A stretch of DNA of 64,000 nt from NCBI GenBank assembly GCA_009103225.1, contig RHPI01002615.1:194328-258327 (forward strand), in the 5' to 3' direction. Numbering within the stretch: position 1 is the stretch's first letter; every line of letters starts with the position of its first letter. Positions 37,022 through 50,873 of this stretch are shown here, piece after piece. The position numbers were made by a program, and so were the translations under genes. The notes beneath the pieces were generated by a model that worked only from the letters and a program-made list of their open reading frames with translations, ran no database searches and was not told where the DNA came from. Origin of the DNA: Chlorokybus atmophyticus (Eukaryota > Plantae > Mesostigma and Chlorokybus algae).

Positions 37022-37618
37022 ATTGTGAGTATAGTGTGGTTGTTGTAGGGGTTGAGGGGTCATTGCATTCAAAGTGTCTACTATTGTTAGCCAGCTGGCA
37101 GTTGCATAGGTACAGAGTAGGCAGGTAGGTAGGTAGGATCTGTTTTCGGTCTTTACAATGTAGCATCAAACCATTTGCTGGCCACATGCTGACACACAGC
37201 ACACATGCTGACACACAGCAAGAAACCGCAAAATTGGGTTGCGGAGACGCTGCGGTGCAGTGGTATAAATAATGTGTGGGAAGAACAGGAAAAATCAGAG
37301 CTGAGCACACTACTACGCAGCATGTTACTGCTCAGTATCATTCAAGCGTGTAAACATTGAGGCAATGCAGTACACATGAGCTCTCGCCCCAATATACCGT
37401 TGTAGATAACACACTAGAAAAAGGTCGTATACTGCGCAGCGTACGACGTTAAATGTTCAACTGCACAGCGTACAACCCAACGCCAAGCAAGAGCTCATCT
37501 ACAGTACAGACTAGGGTTCAGATATCATGGCATTTGCATACACTTTGCTGTGATTTCCCCTGACCCAAAACCAACACAATTACCTCACTGCTTGCTCCAG
37601 CCAGTGACCTCTTTCCCC

Positions 37619-39324
37619 TCACTGCACCGAAGCCTGGGAGATACTGGCATGTTCGGTCCGCTCTTCATCATTATCATCGTAGGCCGAGCGCAGAGCGCAT
37701 CTGCCGGTGCCTTCGCACACATCGCACTCGGGCGCCCTGCCCGCCACGTGCTCCAGACAGTGATTTAGCCTGTCCTCAACAATTTGCTGCGGATGACACA
37801 CAGGGCGAGGATTAAGTGAATTTGTGTACTGTGAATGAGTGTGTTGAAAGTCGCGGATCATGTGCACGAATGAGGGAGTGGATGAGCAGAGAGCATGTGG
37901 TGGCTGCGTAACTGCTTGCACATGCATGATGGAGGCTATGTAAGAATAAACGAACGAATACATGAGTGAGCACGCACGCACGCACGCATGCGTGCTTGCA
38001 TGCATGCACATGTGCTTGCGTGAGCAAATGGCTGTGCAGAGGGTACAAGCGCACACGTACCGCCATGAGTGGGTGCAGGCCTATAGGCGCGGTCACGAGG
38101 TATGACACATTAGCGTGACGCTTTGCTGCCTCTCGTGCAAGCGCAGGTATATCCTGCAAGGTTTGAATAAAACAACACATCCAACAGACCCGAGGATGTG
38201 TACATGCGTTACTCACCGTGTGCCAGTGTCGCCCGGGCGACAGAAAGTAAGGACTGATCACGACGGTGCGCGCTCCCCGCGCAACGCATATGTCGAAAGC
38301 GGTCGCAATGGACGGCTCCGCCAATTCCTGCATGGTTGGATTAAGCACAATAACCCAATGCTGAGCGAGAAGAAACACCAGGGTTGCACAGAGACAAGAA
38401 CACGTGGGGTTGATGATGATTCTTGATTCTCATTACCATATGGGCCGTTTCGACGAGCGTGCGGCCACTGTGCGCCTTGTAGAGCACTGCGAATGCATCT
38501 GCGGACAGAAGGCTGGTGATCATACAACATCGCACATCAGGAGCCAGCAGGGTGGTACAATAACAAACCACTCTGTCACATCCAGCTTTGCAAGACTGAC
38601 TTGATTGTAAGATGGCTCTGGTTCGTCTCAGTTTCTAAGACTCCTCGATGAGTTGGAAGCTCAAGCTTTACCAAAGCAAGTTGCATACACGACTGGATTT
38701 TTCACTTGAGTGCACATGGATTTCCGCACCCATAAAAGGGACAAGGTCCTACCCGCACACGCACCCGCACACACAAGATGGACACATGCGTGCATGCACA
38801 CGCATGTTTTCATCCTCATCCTCATGCTCAAGAAATACAAGCGTAATACTACTTTCTCCTTTCATACCTAGCAGGTCGTTAGACTCCTTTCTGCGTGAGC
38901 CATGGTCCACCAGCACCACTCCCACAGGCTCCTCAACCCCGCCCAATCCACTTGCCACGCCTCTTGCTGCTGTTGGAAATGAGAAACCACTTGTAACCCA
39001 CTCGTTACTACTGCTATTGCTACTGCTACTGTTAACGCTACTACTAGAGCTACTCGTATTGCAATAGTCACCGCTACTGTCGTTGTCGCTGCTACTGCTA
39101 CTGTTTCTAGCAAGGATATTGCTATCACTGCTGAGCACCGCTGTGTGCTGCCGCCGCCTGGAGCAGCGCCGAGGCAGCAGCGCCGGCTGCGGCCTGGCCG
39201 GCTGGCTCAACGGTGGTCGCTGACGATGGCAAGTTGTAGCAGGCTGGCAGGCCTCCTGATGGAACGCTGACGTGACCGGCCTGGCCGTCGCCGCCGCCGC
39301 CGCCGCCGCCGCCGCCGACGCCAT
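37619..39324 (-). CDS. SIRB: Sirohydrochlorin ferrochelatase (CbiX/SirB family) with N-terminal transit peptide, spliced
   Basis: VVLVDHGSRRKESN, AHMELAEPSI, VISPYFLSPGRHW, DIPALA, LVTAPIGLHPLM, CDVCEGTGRC. Confidence 0.93.
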
Positions 39325-39775
39325 GCAGTGCTACGTTTAGCACACTACACACAGCACACTCGCCTAATGCATGGCCAGTGTGGTTGTGGTTGTGGTTGTG
39401 GTTGTCATTGGCATGGACGGCGGCAGAGGTGAGACACTGCTGTCCTCGTCCTCGTCCTCGCTGTCGTCGTCGTCCTGCCTCTCGTCGGCAGTATACGGCA
39501 GGCCGTGGCTTGCCCAACCTAGCGAGCGAGCTGAGCAGCGCTCACAACTTGCGGCTTGCCAGCGAACTCGGTTGAGTTGGTGGATACGAGTGTACAGAAT
39601 ATGCAACGCGCAGTTGAGACATGCACGCCACGTGCAACCAATGGCAAGCATACACAGTTGTTGCAATCCACAATGTCGCCAACACATCGTGCAGGACTTG
39701 CATGTTGTCAACATGCTTGTTGCTTCGTCCATCCCGTACACTCATATTCATCATTACACTCACATTCATCATGGA

Positions 39776-39922
<147 letters not shown>

Positions 39923-40194
39923 TGAAGGCTGCAGGCTTGCTTTCCCTTGAAAACACTACATTGGCACGTGATTCAGTCCATTACCGCATTACACCAAGGC
40001 ACATAGTTGCCACACATGACATATATCCAACCCAACCGCACGGCTAGCATTGCCGCATTACACAACAGCATAGTCCTCCTAATCCCTACACAATAAACTT
40101 GTATATAAACTTGTATGTATACCCACTATATCAACAACCACAGCTAGTCAACAGCTTCACAACAGCAGTATTGAATCCCACCCTCCACCACTGG

Positions 40195-42354
40195 CTACCT
40201 TGCACCCTCCATCATCCCCGCCGGCACCCGTTCAGCGTGTATATCTTTGGGTACGGGTCCCGTGTGTATGGGCGCATTCGGCACCTCCTTTGCGATGTGC
40301 CTCATGCCGTCACCCTTGTCCATGCGCTGCGGGACAGGCGCGCTCGCAATTACTGCCGGAGCGGGGGCGGAGGCGGCGAGCAATGCGGTGGGACGCCGGA
40401 CGGCTATCTCACGTGCCTTGGAGAGAGATGAGGAGAGGTTAGAGGGGTTGGGGTTGAGTTGTTGTTGTTGAGTGAAGGGAGCGACACAACTTGTGTTGCA
40501 CGGATTTGCGTGTATGTGCGTGTGCCAGTGTGCGTGCGTGCATATATATACGCACAAACACTGGCGCATGCACACGCACGCAGGCACACGCGCGCGCGCG
40601 TGCACACACAATGTCATAAAGCACTTTGTGTTGCCACTCACCTCTTGACAGAGCGCGCAGTGGTGGCACAAGCATGCCGTGCCCAAATCTCCAAGGCAAG
40701 GACTCCTATCATAGAGCGCAGTAACCTCAATCAGTCGATAACACACGCAGGTTACTCTTACAACACCCAACATCACACATCCTCAGATCTGCTTGCCTGC
40801 TCTTGCGAAGGTTATATCTCTCTCGCATGCGCGTTCTCCAACGCGAAGTCAACAGTGGCGCGCACCCCACAACGCACCCGCCGAGCAAACAATGCATAAG
40901 ACAGAAGCGGTTGCATCGCACGGGCGCGGGACCCAAAACCTGGACAAGGAAAGCTTAGTTGGGTAAGCAAGTTGGGCGTGGTTGGGAAGTGGTAATGTGG
41001 TTACATCTTCGCGGGCGATGAGAGAGCCAACTGTGGGTCTTCTTCTGTCTTCGCGGAATGCTTGGTCGATGTTGCGGCCGAAGAGCAGACACGGACACCA
41101 AAAGCCCAGGCAGCCTGTGTGCATGTGTGTGCGTGTGTCCAAGGGCGCATGTGTGGGCGCGTGTGTGTGCAAGTGTGCTTATAGGTGCACGTCTTTCCCC
41201 CCAAGTGTGTGCATGAGTGTGCGTCATGTGAGGGAAACTGTGTGACACAAGCTACGCACACGCAGGAGCTCGTGTGTGCGTGCATGCATGCTCACGCGTG
41301 ATCATGCGCCATACGGCTTGCAAATGTTATTTGAAAACAACCAGAGAGATTAAATAATCCAGTCGTACATATTTCCATGTGGCTGCAGCACGACCACAGC
41401 ATGGACCCGAACGGCAGCGGCCTCGAGCTTGAGGCCCCTTCCTGCGACCTCCTCAGCTCCTCCTGATACTGCAACGCTTGCTCTTTCTGCAGCCTCGCCA
41501 CTGCAGACAACAACAACCACACGTAAGAACACAACATACACCCCATCCAGTGATGAGCTTCACAACGCTCTACCCTGCCTGCGTCTGCTGTTGGCTTCTC
41601 GATCACCAATGCGGGCGTTTGTTGACCGTTTATTCCCCTCATCGCAACCTGCATTGGTATGACGCAAACAAGCACTATGTGTACATGTGTGTTTGGAGGC
41701 TGCAACCACTCCCTCTCCCTCTCCCTGGACTTGCTTGCTCAGGCAAGGCATAGTGTAGTGAAGTCTCAGTAATGTGACAGAGTGAGTTATATTCTACTAC
41801 TGCTGCACCTGTGAGGCGGCGTTTTCGGTGACGCACACGGGGCAGTCGCATACGGGCGCGTTGGCGCCAAACACGCTGGAGCTCAAATGGGTCTTGTACT
41901 GTGTAAAGGCCTGCGGGGAAGAGGAGATCCACAGTGAGTGAGTGAGCGATCGTTTAAGTGGTTGCACTGACAATGGCTTGATTGGTATAACCTATCAGCC
42001 ATTTGCTCCACCAATCACGCAGCCAATGTGATCAAGTGAGTCAGTTTGTGAGCAAGTGGTGCGTTCATAAGCAACTGACTACCAAGTCCAACAAGCAAAG
42101 GTAAAATCTTGCTTAGACGTTTATAATTCAATCTGGAAGCGTTCCAACAGTTGTGCTGTAAGCGTGCATGTGGACTAGTCCACACGACTGCTTGCATGCA
42201 TTCACGCATTCATTCCCTGTGACAGCCTCCCCGGCATCACCTGTGAGGACTCCTCTGCTCCAGTGACAGACGTACTGGTGGCGGTCATATCGGCTGTCTC
42301 ATTGTCCGTGCGGCCATTGTCCATGTTCTTCACCATTCCCATCGCCGCCGCCAT
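40195..42354 (-). CDS. PLAC8 / cell-number-regulator family Cys-rich protein, spliced
   Basis: LWSCCSHMEIC, GFWCPCLLFGRN, DLGTACLCHHCALCQE motifs. The exact exon set is approximate. Confidence 0.8.
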
Positions 42355-43155
42355 GTTGTAATGCAGCTCTGTCTAGCGCTGCCGTCCAGAGACTTGCGCA
42401 CTACTGTATGGAAAGGTCTCAATCAAGCCAAGAAGGGTTCAGCCGTATGTGTCCACTACCGCCACCGCCGCCGCCGCCGCCGCCGCCACGTGGATGCTGA
42501 TTTCAGTCATCACTTGCTGACGTCAGCACAAGGCAGATTCTGTTGTGCGCAGGGCACAAGCGCCTGCCGCACTTGCGCCCAAATTCGACACTGAATAACA
42601 AAGGTTGCGACAGTTGCATAATGCAACTTGCATGGCCATACCCCTTACAAAACAGTGTTGTACACCTACGAGCTCATGCTTTGCGGTTTGCAGACAGCCT
42701 GCCTTAGCGGAGGTTGGCAGTGCGTACAAGAAAGGTGCTGGTTTGAGCAATGGAAACGTCTTGCAGTGGATCAGTGAACAATGCATCAGTCTTGTACACT
42801 ATGGCTACTACAAATGCATGTCATGCAGAAGCATGATGCATACGTATGCGCCCAGCACACACATACCAGCACACCCCTTTTGTACACATACATGTGTGCA
42901 TCACACTCTCATGCATGCCACAATCCTTCCCATTCTGTTTATTATACACATAGCACATTAACAACGCGACGATAGCAACTTCCGTACATGAGCTAGACTT
43001 GTAACCTGTTACTAGTTCAACGTATTGCAGTGCTCAAGCTGCAACTGTACAGAAGGGGTGGAATAGGCATTGTGTGCAGATAAGACCGCCATGGTGAAGT
43101 TGAAACACAATGATTCACATCATGGGCCAAAGGGCTGTCTGTGCTGGAAGACAGT

Positions 43156-44405
43156 TCAAGGCTTCTTGTCTTTGTCAGGATTGTTCTTGAGCAGATTGTA
43201 GTTGAGGGCAGTAGCAAACAGAATCCTGCACAGAGTTTCAACAGTGGTTTATGCACAGTAACGCACAGATATACAAATATCAATGTCGGACACAGACAAG
43301 CGTCTCACGCAACATCAACAATCCACTAACCAAAGACACAATGCAAGCTTACCAGCCAAGGTAAGGAATCATGAGGTTGGAGGCTGTGGTGCTGACTGGT
43401 CTGAAGAGAGCGATACATGACGCAACACCGATGTCCATTGCAACAATGTCCGCCAATGCATTGCTCTACACAATTTGGAAATCAGCTGGCAGCACATTTT
43501 GCATCCTGCAATATGACGCATAAGTGCGCATGCAATACAAGACTCACCATGTCATGCTTGCCAAAGAACAGGGGAGTCCACATAAAGTTGGCGACCAACT
43601 GTAGATGGAAAGATTGTTAGAGCAAGCGGTGTCACAACAAGTAGTTGCAGTTTTTACAGATTTACCTGAGCAGCGTACATCCCTAGAGGCAGCGCCTGTT
43701 GGGCCCAACCTGTTGACGGATGCAAGCATTGAGTCCACACAACTTACAGGCATGGACCAGTCAAGGCCTATGTACACAAACCTCCTTGCTGCCAGACAAG
43801 GTATGAAGCATATCCCATTGCGCAGTACAGCGCCGTCCACATAGGGGCAAATATCCAGTCCTGCACATGGTTTTCAGTCAGCTCGGCCTAGCTTTGTGTG
43901 GCAAGAAGAAGGTCGCATACTGCCTCCTTACAACGCCATCGTGAATGCATTGGTACAACCAGTTACTGCTACACTTTTGATCAAATTTGCGTGACTGGCA
44001 AATGTTATTGCGATGATGCAATTACCATCACAAAACCAGCAGGCAACTGCTGATAACCATTATCACAAAGCTTCATATGATCACATACGGGTCAAGCACA
44101 TGCATGCTTACCGGTGGGTTCCATGAAGGCTTCTTCAGGGTTTTGTACCAGCCTGTATTTACCATGGCCCCAGAGCAAGTCAGTAGTGAGCAACAGACCT
44201 ACTTGTAAGCAAGCTGTTCATTGCTGCCTTGTGAGCGGCGACGGCAAGGACCCGTTTTTTAGAACCAAACTTAATCATCACATGGTCAATTACGCAAGGA
44301 TTGACAACCTTTCACAGCCTTTGCGCTGGCTGGAGCGCCGATGAAACCGGCCGACACCGGAATGCCGATGGCAATCACCAGCGGCAAGCTGATATGCGCA
44401 CCCAT
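43156..44405 (-). CDS. TSPO: Translocator protein (TspO/MBR family), spliced
   Basis: Reassembled exons: [16 protein letters not shown].., [67 protein letters not shown]. Confidence 0.93.
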
Positions 44406-45284
44406 GACTGCTCTGCTCTGCACGCAAGCAAGTGACCACATATAGCGATCCGTTTCAGTACCAAAGTTCTCACGCAACCAACTTGCGGTTGCACGCGTTG
44501 AGACGCATGCAAGTGTGCTGCTAGGTGAGTGTTTCTTCTCGCAAGCAGGCAGGCGTGCACCAAGTGTTAAAAGTCGACGAAACATCTGTTCTACCTTCAC
44601 GCACCCGTGAAAAGACTAACCAAAGTGCGGACAAACGCATAGCGTAAAGCATGCACCCTTGCATTCCAGCGGACAACACTGCAGCATCCATGCACGTGTC
44701 ACTGCCCTTGCTCCACTTCTCAGCAGTGACTTACTATGCTAATCAAATGGCCAAGCATTGATCACCATCAAGAAGCTCACCGCTTTACCGAAATCACCCC
44801 ACTGCCGCCGCCGCCTCCGTCCCCGTCGCCAACACCACCGTGACTGCCTAGTAGGTCCCAGCGCATGGCACTCCTCAATGCTTCAGTGCCAAGCTGCACT
44901 GCACTCCATTGACTTGCAGGGTTGTTTGCTTGGGACTGATAGCAGCTGGGGTCGGCGGTGGTGGCTGGATTGGAAGGTGTCAACGAAGGTGGTGTGGGCC
45001 GCTTTGGGCCGAGCGCTGTTGCGCAGGAGAGGTTTCTCTGCCCTGCCTGGTTTGGGTAGTCATCAACTTGGCGTTGTGGCTTGCTGGTCCGGTTTGGCGG
45101 CTTTGGCTTGCTGCTTCGCTGTGGCACATGTGCTAGTGTGCTTGCATTGCGCTGCCCCAACTCTGGTGAGGGTTTGGGCTCTGCACAGACGGGCATGGGC
45201 AGAAGGAGGTAGCATCGTGGTGTTGGCTGTTGACAAGTAAGATCAAGATAAACGTTGCGGGCGTGGTATTGAGGTTTTCGCGCC

Positions 45285-47457
45285 ATGGGTTTCAAGTTGC
45301 AGTCAATAAGCCGCTTCGACGCCTTTGCGCGTACGGAGGACCATCTCATGCACAAAACCAACACGGGAGCCGTGGGTGAGTTTGCTCATTGTTTGTTGTG
45401 TTGTGGCAATGATAACGATTTCCGCTAGCATGCGTCGTTGTTGGCAATGATCTATGAAGTGGCCATGTGTGACAGTTTGTTTCCTGGGAATGGTGTCCTT
45501 GTTTATAATGCTACAATTTAATCAAGGGTATATTGCAGCAATACACCCTTGTGTACTGATGCAGTACACAAGGGTGTATTGCGTCAATTGCTGACCGTGA
45601 TTGTGTTGGCGCCTGCAGTCACTCTCATAGGTATTGTGTTGATCGCCATCCTGTTTGTGCACGAGATGTCTTTCTACTTGACACCCACTACGCAACATGA
45701 GGTAACAAAGACAGCCTATATTGTTGTATCCGTAATGAGGCGCCATCTTGGTTATTGTTGTTGCAGTAGTTGCCATGATATAAGGATGCTGCTTCAACCT
45801 GTTTGCACTGGCAGATGTCTGTTGACCTGACTCGCGAGGAGAAACTGTCCATTTTTGTTAACATGTCCCTTCCCAGTCTACCATGCCAGGGTAACGATTT
45901 CTGCATGAGCTTGCAGTGCGGTAAAGTATTTGAACTTAATTGATCAGCACCTAAATCATATTTTCCAGACTATTGCTGTGTTAGCAGTTACAGTAGGTGC
46001 ATGCCTTGCATCACAAATAGTGATTATGCTGTGGCAGTGCTTAGCATGGATGCATTGGACATGTCTGGACAACATGACGTCGACATTGGTGGCGACATCT
46101 TTAAGGTATACTTGTGTATCTCTGTAACGCTCACGTCTGTTATTGCAAGCTTTCTCTGTACATCGTATGCCAAACATCTGATAAACATGCCAGCTCCTCA
46201 ATCAGGCACGTCTCGACAGCTTTGGTCAGCTCATACCTGGGGGACTGGTTGTGCATGATGACGACCATGACCACGGTATTACAAACCGATGTTGCAAGGT
46301 TACGTCACCCAATGGGCTGATGTTTCCTGGATGCTGAACTTGATTACCCAACTGCGCTGAATGCCGGTGGCACAATTTTGCAGGCGGCTCCAGTATGTTT
46401 GGGCAAACCCAGCAGGAGTATCTGAAGGAAGTCAGTGTCATTCAAACAGCACTTGCGGCAGGCGAAGGCTGCAGGGTAAAACGTTGTTGCTGAACCTAGT
46501 GGGCTTATTACTGTGGTGCAATTTGCATTACACACAGCTGAACTTGGAGTTTGGCATGGCTGTGACAAACGTCTCACATGGCATGGCTGTGTGCAGGTGT
46601 TTGGACACTTGGATGTTTCGCGTGTGGCGGGGAACTTCCACATCTCCGTGCACGGGCATAGCATGCCGGTGTTAGAACAGGTATACCGTCAATCAGGACA
46701 ACAGCATTGACTATGCATTGCAAGTGGAGCTTACATGACCGTGCAGGTATTTGGTGTTGCGGGCAAGATCAATGTGAGCCATAGTATACATTCCATGTCA
46801 TTTGGGCCACCTTATCCTAGCATGCACAACCCTCTGGATGGATTTGATCGTATCCTCGATGAGTTGCACGCAGGCACCTTCAAGTACTTCTTAAAGGTTA
46901 GTCCAAGGTTACAGCATTGCACCATTGCTTCACTGTTGGTCTATTGCTAGTATCGACTCGCCTCCACTTTGCAGATTGTGCCGACAACCTACAAGCACCT
47001 ACATCAAGGTATTGTTGCCACAAACCAGTACTCCGTCACCGAGTACTTCAGCCCGACTACAACCACCGATCAAAGCATTCCTGGTCAGCTAACTGTGGTT
47101 GTTAGGCTCTTGCAGGTGCTGTACAGTCCAACAGAGTTACATTGTCATCTTGTCGCTAATGTTTGCCGCCCTGCAGCTATCTACTTTGTTTACGACTTTT
47201 CACCTATTACGGTGACCATCGCGGAAACCCGCAAGTCGCTTGCACATTTTCTCACGCGCCTGTGTGCGGTTGTTGGCGGCTCATTCGCGGTCACAGGTAA
47301 CGCCGCGTTTGCAACGCGTATTATTGTGTTGTGTTAGTTGTCTTTTTTATCAGAGTGGGTCGTCCCTCGCTTTGCTGACTTGTGCGATTGTCTGGCAGGC
47401 ATGCTAGATAAGTGGATATACCGGGTAGTCACAGCCTTGTCTGGACCCTCAAAGTAA
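45285..47457 (+). CDS. ER-Golgi intermediate compartment protein (ERGIC3/Erv46 family), spliced
   Basis: RFDAFAR..TGAV, MSVDL.RGEKL.I.VN.SLPSLPC, MDALDMSG, RVAGNFHIS, NVSHSIHSMSFG, FKYFLKIVPT, TNQYSVTE, YFVYDFSPI, FLTRLCAVVGG. Confidence 0.92.
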
Positions 47458-48983
47458 TTACGCTCGGCCCACGTTGCGGTACATGTCGTCAACAGCATGC
47501 GCGAAGGCTGCACAAATGCAACTTGCTCATTGCAAACACTTGTATTGTCATGGTGTTTGTTCTATCAATGCCAAGTGCCACCAGCTGGTGTAAGAGTTTA
47601 GTAAGTGGCATTTGTTCATCCATACTCTGGTGTACAAAATTCAAAGGTGCTATTGCGCCCATGCTGTTTGCGGTGAGCACACATGCCAGTCATGCTCATG
47701 CAGCAACTATGCTCGCACCTTAGTCTCATATACCAAAGCACCGGGTAACGCACCTATAACATCACTAGTCCAACAACTACCATGGCTCCACCCCGCTAGT
47801 CATGCACGCATGCATTCAAAGTCAGTCACCTGCATCATTTATGGGCAGTAGCGCGTGCTTTTTCACTTTTGGGTTTTCAGCTGCGGCAGGTCCAAGAAGG
47901 TAATGTTTTTTTGTTCGTTGTGATGGCAAGCGAGAACATGCACATCATCTGGTCAATACAACTTCATTCCAATCAATCACGATCCCCATTTTGTATGGTG
48001 ACCGGCCATAGACCAGAGGGTCAATTGCTGCTGTAACCGCCTAGTACAGTGCAAGAAAGCGGAGCTCATCGCTGCAACGCCTGCAAACTATCAGGAATGG
48101 CTGGAGAAGAAGCGTGAGCGTCAACATTAGGCTAGAGCTAGAATGCTTGGGTCACCAATGTCTGAAAATGAAATTGGACATACAGTATACAGTATACACC
48201 TTTTCCCTCTGCTGCAGGTGACACCCGCTGCTCCTCTGCCTGCCCTACCTACGCTCTTGCACTTGCACTTGCATTCACGTAGCCTAGCCTAGGGAAAGCC
48301 CCTGTAGCCTAAAGGCGGTGGTGTGAATAAATTGTGGTGCTCTATGTGTTATGCTTGTGTTTGTGTATGCTTGGCATAACATGTGCATAATGGTTTATTT
48401 GAATCCCCTATACAGTGCAATGAGTGACATGCATTTGAATCTACTACATACCTCAAATGTTCTGTTACATATTCTCCCTCAGCATCCAAGGTTCCTCTTG
48501 CCTTCTCACGCCCTCCCCTCCTCATCACTCTTCCACAATTACAGTATACTACACAGAACACTTTGCAATCCCAAGCGCATCTTCGCAAGGATGGCACTGC
48601 ATTGCAAAGCCACACGCTTGACCTGAGTTGCATCAGTGCCCGGCTCTACCTGAACTGGCAAACAACCGCGCTCTCTACACATACAAAACACATAGGATCA
48701 AAATGCAATGCACACTCAAAACGTCTCCAGCATTTTGGATCGTGGGTTCGACCAGCTTGAGGCATGCAACAACCTGTGGCGTTGGGCTGATTGTGCAGTA
48801 TACTGCGCAGCAGTGACTGTGCAAGCTCTGTGCAGTACATGACTTACTGGTACTGCTTGCAAGACACAAGCAACAATTCAGGGGGAGGGGTTAAGGAGCC
48901 TCGGAATATCTATCTGTACAGCAACACACCACAGATTCTTGTTCTCGACCTGTGACGCAATGGCGAAACACAACTCTCCAGCC

Positions 48984-50478
48984 CTAGAATGCCTCGCGAA
49001 GCGACTGCTCAAGCACCCTCACGCGCGTGGCAAGCGACAGGTCTATGTGCTTGTCGCCAACATCGACCACCAGACCTCCAATGATTTCGCGATTAACCTG
49101 TCAGTGCATGCATGAGTACAAATGCACATACTGGCGGGAATGTTTGGAGTTGAATAGGTTTTGTACATAGTGCACCAGACTGCAAACTCATGTACGTGTC
49201 ACACGCCCAAGCCAAAGCGTGCTGTAATGAAACAAACCAAGCACACAGCCATGATTGCACGTTGCTGGCCACATCTCATACCTTTGTTTGCAGCTTGATG
49301 GTTTGGCCCTTTTCCACATAGTCGCCAAGCGCGGACTTCACTTCATTCAGCTCCTGGTCCGTGAGTGGATCGGCTGAAGTCACCACCGCTTTAACCTCAC
49401 CGCGGTATGCGCGCAGGATGTCCTCAAACGCCTGCACACAAGCCATCAGTGGCATAAGAAGCATGTTCGACAGTACTGACTACAATGTAACCTTGCTACT
49501 GCACTTGGCAATAAACGCTAGGATTGTGTAATGACAACCAACATAACGCAAAGTGGCTTGACCGTCTCCTTGAAAATGCAACTGTCAAGGCTACCATAAC
49601 AAGTGCTCGTGCAGCTGCTCACATCACAGCAAATTGTGTTACATTGACGACCTAGGTCACTGTCCTTGTGTGTTGCTCTGCTTGCGCTGCGCGCACAACT
49701 GGTGCATACATAATGCTGACGAATGGAGGTAGCATACGCAGTGTTGGATATATGTGCATATGCTACGGGGTCAACCACCACGACCAGCAGTGCGCAGTGC
49801 GGCAATGCAACTGTTAGCAACCATACCTGCCCACTGAAAGACTCAGCAAACAAATCCAAGATTTAAAAAGATGCAGACTACTCGCCATGCATGCAAGCAG
49901 GCATCAGCCACAGTCATGGCTGCTGGCAATCCCATGCGCGTAACAAGTTGACTTTACCAGACAAACCATTGAAGCATTATACACGAGCAATGCAGCATTG
50001 CAGTTTGCGTCAACTAAATCTGCGATCCGCCACGCACCTCGATAACCTTCAAGGTTTGAGGCAACCGGCCATGTTCTGCGAGGGTGCCAAAAAACTGCAC
50101 AGTGACGGGGTTGAGCTTGAGACTGTCAAGCAACTTGACGATGGCCTTGGCTTTGTCCTGTTTGGGGACGCTGGGGTCCTTGAGGAAATCCCTGAACGTT
50201 TCGTTGGACTTAGCGAGCTCGGCCAGGCTCAGGAGATCGCTCTCCACGGCGTTGAGATTGTTCTTATCGCCGGCGGCATAGTACAACGCCGTGGCGTAGC
50301 GCCCCTCCAGGCCGAACAGCCTCAGCGGCAAAGGCAGGGAGTGCTCCTTCTTGGGGATCACCTCATCTGTGGCATAGCTACGCCGAGCGGCGACGACACC
50401 GGCAGCACGGCCCGTGGACAGCGACGATGACGATGTCGCTGCCCTCCGCAGCAGCGTCACCGCCGCTCCCCGCAGCAT
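48984..50478 (-). CDS. ATP5O: Mitochondrial ATP synthase OSCP (delta) subunit, 3 exons
   Basis: LFGLEGRYATALY, FLKDPSVP, LAEHGRL, GEVKAVVTSA.PL, IIGGLVVDVGDKHIDLS. Begins with a mitochondrial-type presequence. Confidence 0.95.
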
Positions 50479-50535
50479 GCTTGCCGCCGGCCCCTGCGGC
50501 CACGACCTCAGCCCCACCACCTGGCAGCCACGCTC

Positions 50536-50786
50536 AAACCCTAATGCAAAGCAGAAACACCGGCTAAAGCTAACGCATGCAGATGCCAAATGCAGTTCCA
50601 TAGAGTCAGTACAGGCATGTTTCCGGCGTAACTATGTACGTAACCACTTGTAGTGCTTTTCTTTTGTTTCATTCTCTTACCCAGTCAGCAGAGTCTTAGA
50701 AGGGCTTTGGTTCGTTGTTGGACTGCCCGTTTGTTAGAGCGGCTTACTAACCGAGTTGAAACCGTTCAGCACCAAAATTAGGGTTT
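50536..50786. promoter_or_regulatory. Bidirectional promoter with two oppositely oriented telo-boxes
   Basis: AAACCCTAA at 50536-50544 and TTAGGGTTT at 50778-50786, between divergent ATGs at 50478 and 50874. Confidence 0.6.
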
Positions 50787-50873
50787 GGCTCAGCTGGGCG
50801 TTGGCGTCGGTGTCGTCGCAGGCGTTGTCGGCATCGTTGGCGTCATTGCGATTGATCTTGTTGGGGGCTCGGG

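Noticed and set aside
48740-48760. GGTTCGA as a tRNA T-loop
   Set aside because: The surrounding sequence does not form a cloverleaf. No tRNA or rRNA genes were recognised in the window.
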